Below the pieces are notes generated by a model, which searched no databases, was not told the DNA's origin, and was given only the letters and a program-made list of their open reading frames with translations. Positions 25,801 to 32,000 of a DNA stretch of 32,000 nucleotides are shown here, piece by piece (position 1 is the stretch's first letter; the number at the start of each line of letters is the position of its first letter). Source of the stretch: Magnetococcales bacterium (lineage in GTDB: Bacteria > Pseudomonadota > Magnetococcia > Magnetococcales > Magnetaquicoccaceae); NCBI GenBank assembly GCA_015231755.1, contig JADGAZ010000017.1, positions 16,891 to 48,890 on the forward strand, written 5' to 3'. A program made the position numbers and the translations under genes.

Positions 25801-28800
25801 CTTCCGGGAATGTCTTGTCCAATGACAGCGATGTGGAGGGTGACACCCTGACCGTGAGCGCCCTTCGCACCGGGGCGGTCGAAGGCAGCGGCACGAGTGG
25901 TACCCTCGGCAGCGCCTTGAGCGGTTCTTATGGCACGTTGACCATGGCCGCCGATGGCAGTTATCTCTACACGATCAACGAGTCCGCCACGGCGGTGCTG
26001 GCCTTGAGTCTGGGGCAGACCCTGACCGACTCCTTCAACTATACCGTCACCGATTCCGGCTGGACGGATACGGCGGTGCTGACCATCACCATCCTGGGGA
26101 ACAACAGCGCCCCGGTGGCGGTGGACGACAGCGCCACCGCCATCGAGGCCGGTGGAACCGGCAATGCCACCGCCGGCAGCAACGCCAGCGGCGATCTGCT
26201 CGCCAACGATACCGACGCCGAATCCAATACCCTGTCCGTCACCGCCATCCGTCTGGGCGCGGTGGAAGGCAGTGGCACGGCGGGAGCGGTGGGTTCGGCG
26301 CTGTCCGGAACCTATGGCACCCTCACGGTGAGCGGGAGTGGTGTGTTTACCTATGTGGTCAACGACACCCTGGCGGCGGTGCAGGCGTTGCAATCCGGTC
26401 AGAGCCTGACGGAAAGCTTCAATTATACCGTTTCCGACGGATCGATGACCGATACGGCGGTGTTGACCATCACCATTCAGGGGGCCAACGACGCCCCGGT
26501 GGCGGCGGACGACACCGGCACGGCCACCGACGCAGGAGGCGCGGCCAACGCCACGGCTGGCAGCAACGCCACGGGCAATCTGCTGAGCAACGATACGGAT
26601 CCGGAGTCCGACGCTTTGAGCGTTACGGCGGTTCGGCTCGGCGCGGTGGAGGGGAGTGGCAGCGAGGTTGCCGCCGGTACGGCGCTGGTGGGCACCTATG
26701 GTACCCTGACCGTCACCGGCAGCGGGAGTTATACCTATGTGGTGGATTCGTCCAACGCCACGGTCGAGGCTTTGACCGTGGGGCAGAGTGTGACCGAATC
26801 CTTCAATTATACGGTTTCCGATGGTCAGTTGACCGATACGGCCCTGCTGACCATCACTATCCAGGGGGTCAACGATGCCCCGGTGGCTGTGGCCGACAGC
26901 GGTACGGCTGTGGAAGCCGGTGGGGTGGCCAATGCCACGGCAGGATCCAACGCCACCGGGAATCTGCTCACCAACGATACCGATGTGGATACCGGTGCCA
27001 CTTTGACCGTGACTGCGGTGCGGACCGGAAGTGTCGCCGGCAGCGGCAGCGCCGGGACAGTGGGTGGCTCTTTGAGCGGTTCTTATGGCGCTTTGACCGT
27101 GACCGGCACCGGTGCCTACACCTATGTGGTGGATGACGCCAATGCCACGGTTCAGGCCTTGCAGGCGGGTCAGAGCCTGACGGAGAGTTTCAACTACACC
27201 GTCTCCGATGGCTCCTTGACCAGCGACGCGGTGTTGACCATCACCATCCAGGGAGCCAACGATGCCCCGTCCGCCACGGACGATACCGGCACCGCCACCG
27301 AGGCGGGCGGCACGGCCAATGGCACCGCGGGCGTCAATGCCACCGGCAATGTGTTGAGCAATGATATCGATGTGGAATCCGATACCTTGACGGTCACCGC
27401 CGTGCGTACCGGCAATGTGGAAGGCGGTGGTACCGCCGGTACGGTGGGCAGTTCCTTGTCCGGTACCTATGGTGCCCTGGTTCTGAATGCCTCGGGGGCT
27501 TATACCTATGTGGTCAATGATGCCTCCTCCGTGGTCCAGGCGTTGCAATCCGGACAAAGCCTGACCGATGCGTTCAACTATACCGTCTCCGATGGTGCCT
27601 TGACCGATACGGCCCTGTTGACCATCACCATTCAGGGGGCCAACGACGCCCCGACCATCACCTCGGCCACCTCCGTCAGCGTGGCGGAAAACACCGTCGG
27701 CACGTTCTACACCGCCACGGCCACGGATCCGGAAGGCGACTCCGTCACCTGGTCGGTCTCCGGCACGGATGCGGATCGCTTCTCCATCGACGCCACCACC
27801 GGTGCCTTGAGCTTCCTCATCGCTCCGGATTATGAAAATCCCACCGATTCCGGGGCGGACAATCTTTATGATGTCACCCTGGTGGCCACGGACAGTGGTT
27901 CCGGCACCCTCGCTGGTACCCTTGCCCTCAGCGTCACCGTCACCAATGCCAACGATGCGCCCACGATCACCTCACCTGCCAGTGTATCGGCCACAGAGGA
28001 TACGCCGGTCTCCATCTCCTTTGCCGTGGCGGATGTGGATTCCGGTACCAATACCATCCAGGCCACCCTCGCGGTTGCCAACGGTACCCTGACCCTCAAT
28101 GCCGGTTCCGGGGTGAGCATCGTTTCGGGAAGTGACGCTTCGGCGGGCATGACCCTTTCCGGCACGGTTTCCCAGATCAATACCGCGGTGTCGAATCTGG
28201 TCTATCAAGGGACTACCGATTTTTCCGGTCAGGAGATCCTGACCCTGGTTGTGGACGACCTGGGCAATACCGGCGCCGGCGGGGCGATGAGTGCCACCGC
28301 CACGGTCACCTTCACTGTCGCCGCGGTCAATGACGCCCCGGTGATCACCGCTCCGGCCTCCGCCACGGTGACCGAAGATGTGGCCGCCACCATCAGCGGG
28401 TTTGCCATCACCGATGTGGACGTGGGCACCGGTACCATGCAAGCCACTCTGTCGGCGACCAACGGTACCTTGACTTTGACCTCCGGCTCCGGGGTGAGCG
28501 TCACCTCGGGGGCGGACAGTTCCGCCAGCATGGTGATCACCGGCACCTTGACCCAGCTCAATACCGCCCTGGGTACCCTGACCTATCAGGGCACGGCCAA
28601 CTACAACGGTTCCGAAACCCTCACCCTCACCGTTTCCGATCTGGGCAACACCGGCTCCGGGAATGCCCAGACTGCCACGGCCAGTTTCACCTTCACGATT
28701 ACCGCGGTCAACGACGCCCCGGTCATCACCCAACCCACCTTGAGTGCGACGGAAGATACCGCCCTGGTGATCAGTGGTCTTTCGGTAAGCGACGTGGATG

Positions 28801-31340
28801 CGGGCACCGGCACCTTGCAGGCGACTTTGGGGGTGACCAACGGTACCTTGACTTTGGCTTCCGGCTCCGGGGTGACGCTGACTTCCGGTGCGGACGCTTC
28901 GGCCAGTATGGTCATCACCGGTACCTTGACCCAGTTGAATGCCGCCTTGAGTGGCATGACCTATCAGGGCACCCTCAACTACAACGGCACGGAAACTTTG
29001 ACCCTGACCGTCTCCGATCAGGGCAACACCGGTCCGGATGGGGCCCAGAGCGCCACGGCCTCGATAGGCTTTACCGTCGCCGCGGTCAATGACGCGCCGG
29101 TGCTGGCCGCCCCCACGTCGGCCACGGTCACCGAGGATGTGGCCGCCGCCATCACCGGTTTTGTCATCACCGATGTGGACGTGGATACCGCTACCATGCA
29201 AGCCACCCTGACGGCGACCAACGGCACCTTGACCTTGACCACCGGATCCGGGGTGACCGTCGCGTCGGGGGCGGACAGTTCCTCCAGCATGGTGATCACC
29301 GGCACCCTGACCCAGCTCAATACCGCCTTGAGTACCCTGACCTATCAGGGCAATACCGACTACAACGGTGCCGAGACCATTACCGTGACGGTCTCCGATC
29401 AGGGCAATACCGGCACCGGTGGCGCCCTGACCGCCACGGCCACTTTGTCTTTCACCATCACGGCGGTCAACGACACGCCGGTCATCACACAGCCCACCTT
29501 GAGCGTCAACGAGGATACCGCGCTGGTGATCACCGGTCTGTCGGTGAGTGATCCGGATGCGGGCACCGGCACCCTGCAGGCCACTCTGGGCGTGACCAAC
29601 GGTACCTTGACCTTGGCTTCCGGCTCCGGGGTGACCCTGACCTCCGGTGCGGACGCTTCCGCCAGTCTGGTCATCACCGGTACCTTGACCCAGTTGAACG
29701 CCGCTTTGAGTGGCATGACCTATCAGGGCACCCTCAACTACAACGGCACGGACACTCTGACTCTCACCATCTCCGATCAGGGCAACACCGGTCCGGATGG
29801 CACCAAGAGCGCCACCGCCACCATGAGCATCACCGTCGCGGCGGTCAACGACGCCCCGGTGATCTCCGGTTCTCCCACCCCCAGCATCAACGTGGATGTG
29901 GCGGGTTCCATCACCGGTCTGTCCGTGACCGACGTGGATGTGGGTACCGCCACGCTTCAGGCCACTTTATCGATGTCCCACGGGACCATCACCCTGGCCA
30001 CCGGCTCGGGTGTGACCATCACCTCCGGAGCGGACGCTTCGGCCAGCATGGTTTTCACCGGCACCTTGACCCAGGTGAACGCCGCCATCGCCACGATGAC
30101 CTATTTGAGCGATTCCGGTTACCTTGGATCCGAAACCGTGACATTGACCATCTCCGACCAGGGGAATACCGGCTCGGGTGGCACCCTGACCGCCACCACC
30201 ACGGTGACCTTTACCATCACCGCTGTGGGCACGCCCACGGATATCACCCTGAGCAACACCAGCCTGTATGAAAACGCCGATCCCGGCTCCCATGTCGGCC
30301 TATTGGGGGCGGTGGATTCGGAGACCGGGGATACCTTCACGTTCACCGTGACGGCGGATCCCGACTCCCTGTTTGACATTCGGACTTCCGGAACCAGTAG
30401 TTATTTGATCGTGCGCAGCGGAGCCACCCCCACCGTGGGCAGCCACTCCGTCACGTTGCAAGTGGCGGACGCCGCGGCCCGCACCTTCAGCAAGAGCTTC
30501 ACCATCACCGTGACGGCGGTGCCGTTCGATCTGGATTCGGCGGCGGATGTGGACAGCGCGGCCACGGTGAAATCCAACGCGGAGACGTTGTTCAAGAGCG
30601 TGATTGCCACCATGAACACCGCGTCTTCTTCCATGACCTTGACCAATGCCAACCTGCGCACCTTGATTCTGGGCAAGCTGGGTCAGCAATTCACCACAGG
30701 CGGGTCGTTCACGTATGGGATCAGCGATGTGATCAAGCGGATGACCGTTGAGGTCATGCCGGCGGACGATCCCACCGTCATCCGCATTCTGGTGCGGGTC
30801 GGGGTGATCAACAGCATGTATTCCCGTCTGCCCTCTTCGGTGCAGAGTGTGTTCGATGGTCTGTTCGACACCTTCGCCCCCTATGCCACGGATTACACCA
30901 CCGATGTGCGCATCCGCTTGGTGCCGATCGTGAGCAACACCGCCAAGACCATTGCTGTGGATACCGCCAACTCCACCGTGGAAGTGCTGCATCTCCAGAT
31001 GCTGCCCAACATCAGCATGAGTTTCACCACGCTGTTGAGCGCCTACAACACCGCGTTGACCAACCTGAAGAGCGACGGCACCTTGACCTTCTTCACCGGG
31101 GGAGGGGGGCATGGTCCTTCGGCCCATGTGCTCTCTTCGGCCCTGGGCACCACGGGGTCTGAGGGGGTCACCTTGCACAGCACCCTCAAGACCACAGCGG
31201 TTGCCAATGGCATCACGGCTCAATATGTCGAAGACGGGAACAGTCAACAGATTCCCACCAGTCAACGGTTTGATTATTACCTGCCGGGTCTGATCACCTC
31301 CATCTCCTTGAGTACCGGCGGCATCACCTTGAGCCGCTGA
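19875..31340 (+). CDS. Giant (~3,821 aa) membrane-anchored repeat protein: TM anchor, FecR domain, charged helical stalk, P/T/K linker, cadherin-like repeats, VCBS-type repeats, ~126-aa repeats and a unique C-terminal domain (putative Ca-dependent adhesin)
   Basis: Single uninterrupted frame of 11.5 kb. ATG 19875 gives MGNLLRNKRLVAIVALVVLVGVGGYLLFAPD. FecR pattern at ~20086-20445: VVGTVSQFKGLAF...LFQGDQIITGREGRIILKMRDDAVVALGPDSEF...FKVVTPVATLGVRGTEGFV. K/E-rich helix at ~20820-21460. Repeats are delimited by V-N-E/D-A-P junctions (see repeat features). The TTG at 19839 is an alternative start. Confidence 0.93.
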   Translation: MGNLLRNKRLVAIVALVVLVGVGGYLLFAPDTTEKKKPIVVERAKLAQPEKKSQDSASKAQGADQTAPKREVVGTVSQFKGLAFANFENVKRTLSDGAPLFQGDQIITGREGRIILKMRDDAVVALGPDSEFLIQEYQFAPKEQAGNGVVHMTQGMIRFTSGKLAQMKNQPFKVVTPVATLGVRGTEGFVRLGDGKGKDREIEVLTLHKQILVWMEEAARPGPVTSSSLGEIYRSWGWSLVSEAQAADTGKQPLSVNQNERLSGSPNKAPEIRKATRDELKAAHASTAIRKLSPSAVQALRNQAAKALVEQGGAPDLATAEKLLAKSPDAIRDLVDKAEAKLEKELDKAIDKKLDQIEKLEKLDSKLKESMGEEAFAQYKKAEEQRESQSEALQQERDQKLKNLLGNDAKVEEVKQLEADKEARKDALIDKMTEEIAKAEAEKDTKKQAALKAELDKKLAALDKETDQTLKNLLGSDKADQIKQADKQNESRQSQIDAEFAKQIDAVVPADSKENVKALQQQKERIQSEPTVDLSPLGLSRVSESVQAGILKSLGTDMSAFADGIVSAVKSGTGLEQALQRLHDAVQARDRQEASRLGVTDLDSARKLEQEARQAIEPSTPSPEVTPATEAKPVTGAKPATEAKTEGKTPESESKTEGKPTTDTKKSEADAASKAAVPAPDSGTATTTVPGGLSPSALDPSAGGNAGSSGASNTTTTTSIQANQSPVMETQSFTIQENAPAGTVVGTLIASDADTVDQNRLTFTLGGSSAFAVGSKSGQITVVDSSLLDFETTPTFTLTAAVKDARNATTSATVLIKLTNVNEAPTITSTAAASFAENATGTVYQATATDPDSGDTKVWSLSGSDASLFAINSATGAVTFNAAPDYETPKDSGADNTYDITVVATDAAGAAGSKAVAITVTNVNEAPTVSSPATASFVENGTGIAYQATVSDPDANDTFAWTLSGTDAALFSIQAATGAVSFKQAPDYESPKDAGADNVYDFSVTVTDGGNLSATRAVALTVTAGNDAPTITSGSAVSFVENGTGIAYQATATDPDVGDTRSWTLSGVDASLFAIDSATGAVTFKQSPDFESPKDAGGNNVYDLSVTVTDAGGLSSTKAVAITVTHVNEAPSVLSGTTATFPENGTGTVYQGIATDPDAGDRLNWSLSGTDAALFVVDASSGMVTFKQSPNFELPQDAGANNIYDVVVTVTDQGGLTSARAVAITVTDVNEAPTVTSGATVSFAEKATGTVYQATATDPDVGDTRSWTLSGVDASLFAIDSATGVVTFKQSPDYEAPKDAGGDNVYDLNVTVTDAGGLSGTKAVAITVTNVNEAPIAFDDTATATEAGGILNGTPGTPASGTVLGNDTDVDAGTTLTVTAIRTGGVEGSGVAGTVGVALTGAHGSLTQAADGTFVYTVNENDTAVQALAAGQSLTDLFNYTVSDGALTDTGVLTITIQGANDAPVAVDDAGSATEAGGTANGTPGSPATGNVLTNDTDVDAGATLQVTAVRLGAVEGSGAAGVPGSALSGNYGVLTLAASGAYTYVVNESHAAVQALKSGQSLVDAFNYSVSDGALSDQGVLTITIQGVNDAPVAQNDSGVAIEAGGVANGSTGSQAAGHVLTNDTDPENDTLFVTAVRVGSVEGSGSAGTLGSALAGTYGSLVLNGSGDYTYAVNESDATIQALQSGQSVTDSFNYTVSDGALTDIGVLTITIQGSNDAPTITSAATVNFAENGTGPVYTATATDPENHGITWSLSGTDAARFSMDATTGVIRFLATPDYEGPTDANLDRAYEVVITATDDGVGNAASSMALTISVTDVNEAPVGQNDTGTAIEAGGVNNTSAGSDASGNVLTNDQDADANTTLTVTAIRLGGVAGSGSAGVVGSALTGTYGTLTVSASGDYQYVVNNTLAAVQVLQSGQTLSESFNYTLSDGALSATAVLTVTIQGANDAPVAVDDTASATRAGNGAGVSPGTASGNVLSNDSDVEGDTLTVSALRTGAVEGSGTSGTLGSALSGSYGTLTMAADGSYLYTINESATAVLALSLGQTLTDSFNYTVTDSGWTDTAVLTITILGNNSAPVAVDDSATAIEAGGTGNATAGSNASGDLLANDTDAESNTLSVTAIRLGAVEGSGTAGAVGSALSGTYGTLTVSGSGVFTYVVNDTLAAVQALQSGQSLTESFNYTVSDGSMTDTAVLTITIQGANDAPVAADDTGTATDAGGAANATAGSNATGNLLSNDTDPESDALSVTAVRLGAVEGSGSEVAAGTALVGTYGTLTVTGSGSYTYVVDSSNATVEALTVGQSVTESFNYTVSDGQLTDTALLTITIQGVNDAPVAVADSGTAVEAGGVANATAGSNATGNLLTNDTDVDTGATLTVTAVRTGSVAGSGSAGTVGGSLSGSYGALTVTGTGAYTYVVDDANATVQALQAGQSLTESFNYTVSDGSLTSDAVLTITIQGANDAPSATDDTGTATEAGGTANGTAGVNATGNVLSNDIDVESDTLTVTAVRTGNVEGGGTAGTVGSSLSGTYGALVLNASGAYTYVVNDASSVVQALQSGQSLTDAFNYTVSDGALTDTALLTITIQGANDAPTITSATSVSVAENTVGTFYTATATDPEGDSVTWSVSGTDADRFSIDATTGALSFLIAPDYENPTDSGADNLYDVTLVATDSGSGTLAGTLALSVTVTNANDAPTITSPASVSATEDTPVSISFAVADVDSGTNTIQATLAVANGTLTLNAGSGVSIVSGSDASAGMTLSGTVSQINTAVSNLVYQGTTDFSGQEILTLVVDDLGNTGAGGAMSATATVTFTVAAVNDAPVITAPASATVTEDVAATISGFAITDVDVGTGTMQATLSATNGTLTLTSGSGVSVTSGADSSASMVITGTLTQLNTALGTLTYQGTANYNGSETLTLTVSDLGNTGSGNAQTATASFTFTITAVNDAPVITQPTLSATEDTALVISGLSVSDVDAGTGTLQATLGVTNGTLTLASGSGVTLTSGADASASMVITGTLTQLNAALSGMTYQGTLNYNGTETLTLTVSDQGNTGPDGAQSATASIGFTVAAVNDAPVLAAPTSATVTEDVAAAITGFVITDVDVDTATMQATLTATNGTLTLTTGSGVTVASGADSSSSMVITGTLTQLNTALSTLTYQGNTDYNGAETITVTVSDQGNTGTGGALTATATLSFTITAVNDTPVITQPTLSVNEDTALVITGLSVSDPDAGTGTLQATLGVTNGTLTLASGSGVTLTSGADASASLVITGTLTQLNAALSGMTYQGTLNYNGTDTLTLTISDQGNTGPDGTKSATATMSITVAAVNDAPVISGSPTPSINVDVAGSITGLSVTDVDVGTATLQATLSMSHGTITLATGSGVTITSGADASASMVFTGTLTQVNAAIATMTYLSDSGYLGSETVTLTISDQGNTGSGGTLTATTTVTFTITAVGTPTDITLSNTSLYENADPGSHVGLLGAVDSETGDTFTFTVTADPDSLFDIRTSGTSSYLIVRSGATPTVGSHSVTLQVADAAARTFSKSFTITVTAVPFDLDSAADVDSAATVKSNAETLFKSVIATMNTASSSMTLTNANLRTLILGKLGQQFTTGGSFTYGISDVIKRMTVEVMPADDPTVIRILVRVGVINSMYSRLPSSVQSVFDGLFDTFAPYATDYTTDVRIRLVPIVSNTAKTIAVDTANSTVEVLHLQMLPNISMSFTTLLSAYNTALTNLKSDGTLTFFTGGGGHGPSAHVLSSALGTTGSEGVTLHSTLKTTAVANGITAQYVEDGNSQQIPTSQRFDYYLPGLITSISLSTGGITLSR
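22041..23867 (+). repeat. Six tandem cadherin-like coding repeats (first divergent, then five units of exactly 306 nt / 102 aa)
   Basis: The junction Asn codons of VNEAP/GNDAP fall at 22338, 22644, 22950, 23256, 23562 and 23868. Unit consensus: F.ENGTG..YQATATDPD.GDT..W.LSG.DA.LF.I....G.V.F...PD.E.PKD.G..N.YD..V.VTD..G.....AVAITVT.VNEAP. Confidence 0.85.
23868..27950 (+). repeat. Nine VCBS-type coding repeats (381-387 nt, 127-129 aa) in blocks of 3 and 6, each block closed by one cadherin-like unit (25026-25334 and 27642-27950)
   Basis: Junction Asn codons at 24255, 24642, 25026, 25335, 25722, 26103, 26487, 26871, 27258 and 27642. Unit consensus: DD.G.A.EAGG..N...GS.A.GN.L.NDTD...G..L.VTA.R.G.VEGSG..G..GS.L.G.YG.L......G.YTYVV......VQAL..GQSL...FNYTVSDG.L.D...LTITIQG.NDAP. 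Confidence 0.85.
27951..30226 (+). repeat. Six tandem ~126-aa coding repeats of an unassigned family, alternating 378 and 381 nt (a two-unit 759-nt super-repeat)
   Basis: Junction Asn codons at 27951, 28329, 28710, 29088, 29469 and 29847. Unit consensus: P.SAT.EDT...I.G....DVD.GT.T.QATL...NGTLTL..GSGV...SGAD.S.SM.ITGTLTQLN.AL...TYQG...YNG.ETLT.TVSD.GNTG.......A...FT..AVNDAP. A terminal cadherin-like unit follows at 30227-30522. Confidence 0.85.
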
Positions 31341-31360
31341 TTTCAGTCCGCTTGAGCCTG

Positions 31361-31397
31361 CAAGAGTCTTCCATGAGCCGATCATGGAAGACTCTTG
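31361..31397 (+). terminator. Perfect 16-bp hairpin 20 nt after the giant-gene stop (terminator-like, no U-tract)
   Basis: CAAGAGTCTTCCATGA (31361-31376), loop GCCGA, TCATGGAAGACTCTTG (31382-31397). Followed by GTCTGG rather than a T-run. Confidence 0.45.
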
Positions 31398-32000
31398 GTC
31401 TGGATCTCCTGCCCAAAAAATCCTGCCCCATCGCACCGTGAACCCCCGAAGACGGGAATGAATGCCCTCAAGCAGCGGGGCGGGTGCGCCGTTTGGTCCG
31501 TGTTTTGAGAATGGTCTGAGTTTTTTTGTGGCGGGGATGTCTGGATCTCATGCCGACGCATGGTTTTGGGGTGTTCACGTTCATTCTTTTTGGAAGTGTT
31601 TGTGTCTGGAATATTGGGGGATTGCGTCATGCAGACGTGAAAATAGGCAAATGATCAGTAATGAGGCTGGCATGAATTGATTTTTTCAAAATGGTTTGAT
31701 TGGATTTTTGGCGTAATCGGTTGAGAGAAAGCAGAAATGGACGATTTGTAGGCTTTTTAACGACAAAATGAATCGGTTTACAGGGTGTGAAAATAGCTAT
31801 ATATTTTTGGGTTATGGAATAAGATCGGGTTGTGATCTGTACTTTGTTGAATCAATACGTCAAGTCGTTATCTGTATTGCCAAAAACATCCTGAAAGAAA
31901 GAAATATTGCTGACAGTGTTTTTGAGACCATCTTTGTACAACAAGGAGCGAGGGATGAGGTGGCTGGCGCCAACCTAAGTCGCTGTTGGGTTGGATCGGG

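Noticed and set aside
22041-30226. Regular tandem repeats considered as a possible CRISPR or satellite array
   Set aside because: The periods of 306, ~385 and ~380 nt are in-frame multiples of 3 inside one continuous ORF with protein-level conservation. There is no short repeat / unique spacer organisation.
30523-31340. RTX/T1SS C-terminal signal in the giant protein
   Set aside because: No tandem GGxGxD nonapeptides are present. The single GGGGHG at ~31099-31116 is not a repeat array. T1SS cannot be excluded, because its extreme C-terminal signals are poorly defined, but nothing in the sequence supports it.
19866-31436. Long antisense ORFs across the giant gene (e.g. 23373-27557, 1,394 aa; 19866-21623; 21954-23252; 27972-29201; 30300-31436)
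   Set aside because: Their translations are Gly/Arg/His/Pro-rich low-complexity mirrors of the sense repeats. They stay open only because the GC3-rich sense codons rarely generate antisense stops. The sense frame has coherent domain and repeat structure.
31382-31680. Small ORFs downstream of the giant gene (82 aa minus, 72 aa plus)
   Set aside because: They overlap each other. They lack an RBS and any recognisable family, and their composition is atypical for the coding regions in this window.

Overview
GC-rich proteobacterial chromosomal segment. The dusB-ntrB-ntrC linkage and a stand-alone F0 operon (atpI-atpB-atpE-atpF') are the classical alphaproteobacterial-type arrangements; finer taxonomy cannot be called from sequence alone. 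Bases 1-16.6 kb are mostly ordinary core genes: a 3' gene end, a decayed Rpn/DUF4351-type nuclease remnant, hemW and rph (overlapping), a compact dsrC-dsrM-dsrK module, a divergent thioredoxin-like [2Fe-2S] ferredoxin, an AsmA-family protein, wecB, engB, then dusB-ntrB-ntrC running with only a 27-bp gap into atpI-B-E-F'. Several clean intrinsic terminators are visible. Bases 16.9-31.3 kb are the unusual part. An orphan lipoprotein-type secretin has a Gly-rich insertion and a ~230-aa Pro/Ala-rich C-terminal tail, with no pilus or T2SS partner genes around it. It is followed, after a terminator and an AT-rich spacer, by a single ~3,821-aa ORF. That protein reads: uncleavable N-terminal membrane anchor, FecR-type domain, ~210-aa charged helical stalk, P/T/K linker, 6 cadherin-like repeats, 9 VCBS-type repeats punctuated by 2 further cadherin units, 6 copies of a ~126-aa repeat I cannot assign to a family, a terminal cadherin-like unit, and a unique ~270-aa C-terminal domain. 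I see no RTX nonapeptides or other known sorting signal. My best candidate for something undescribed is secretin plus inner-membrane-tethered giant adhesin acting as a non-T1SS surface-display pair, but this is inference from adjacency and domain logic only. The many long antisense ORFs in the track are GC/codon-bias shadows.
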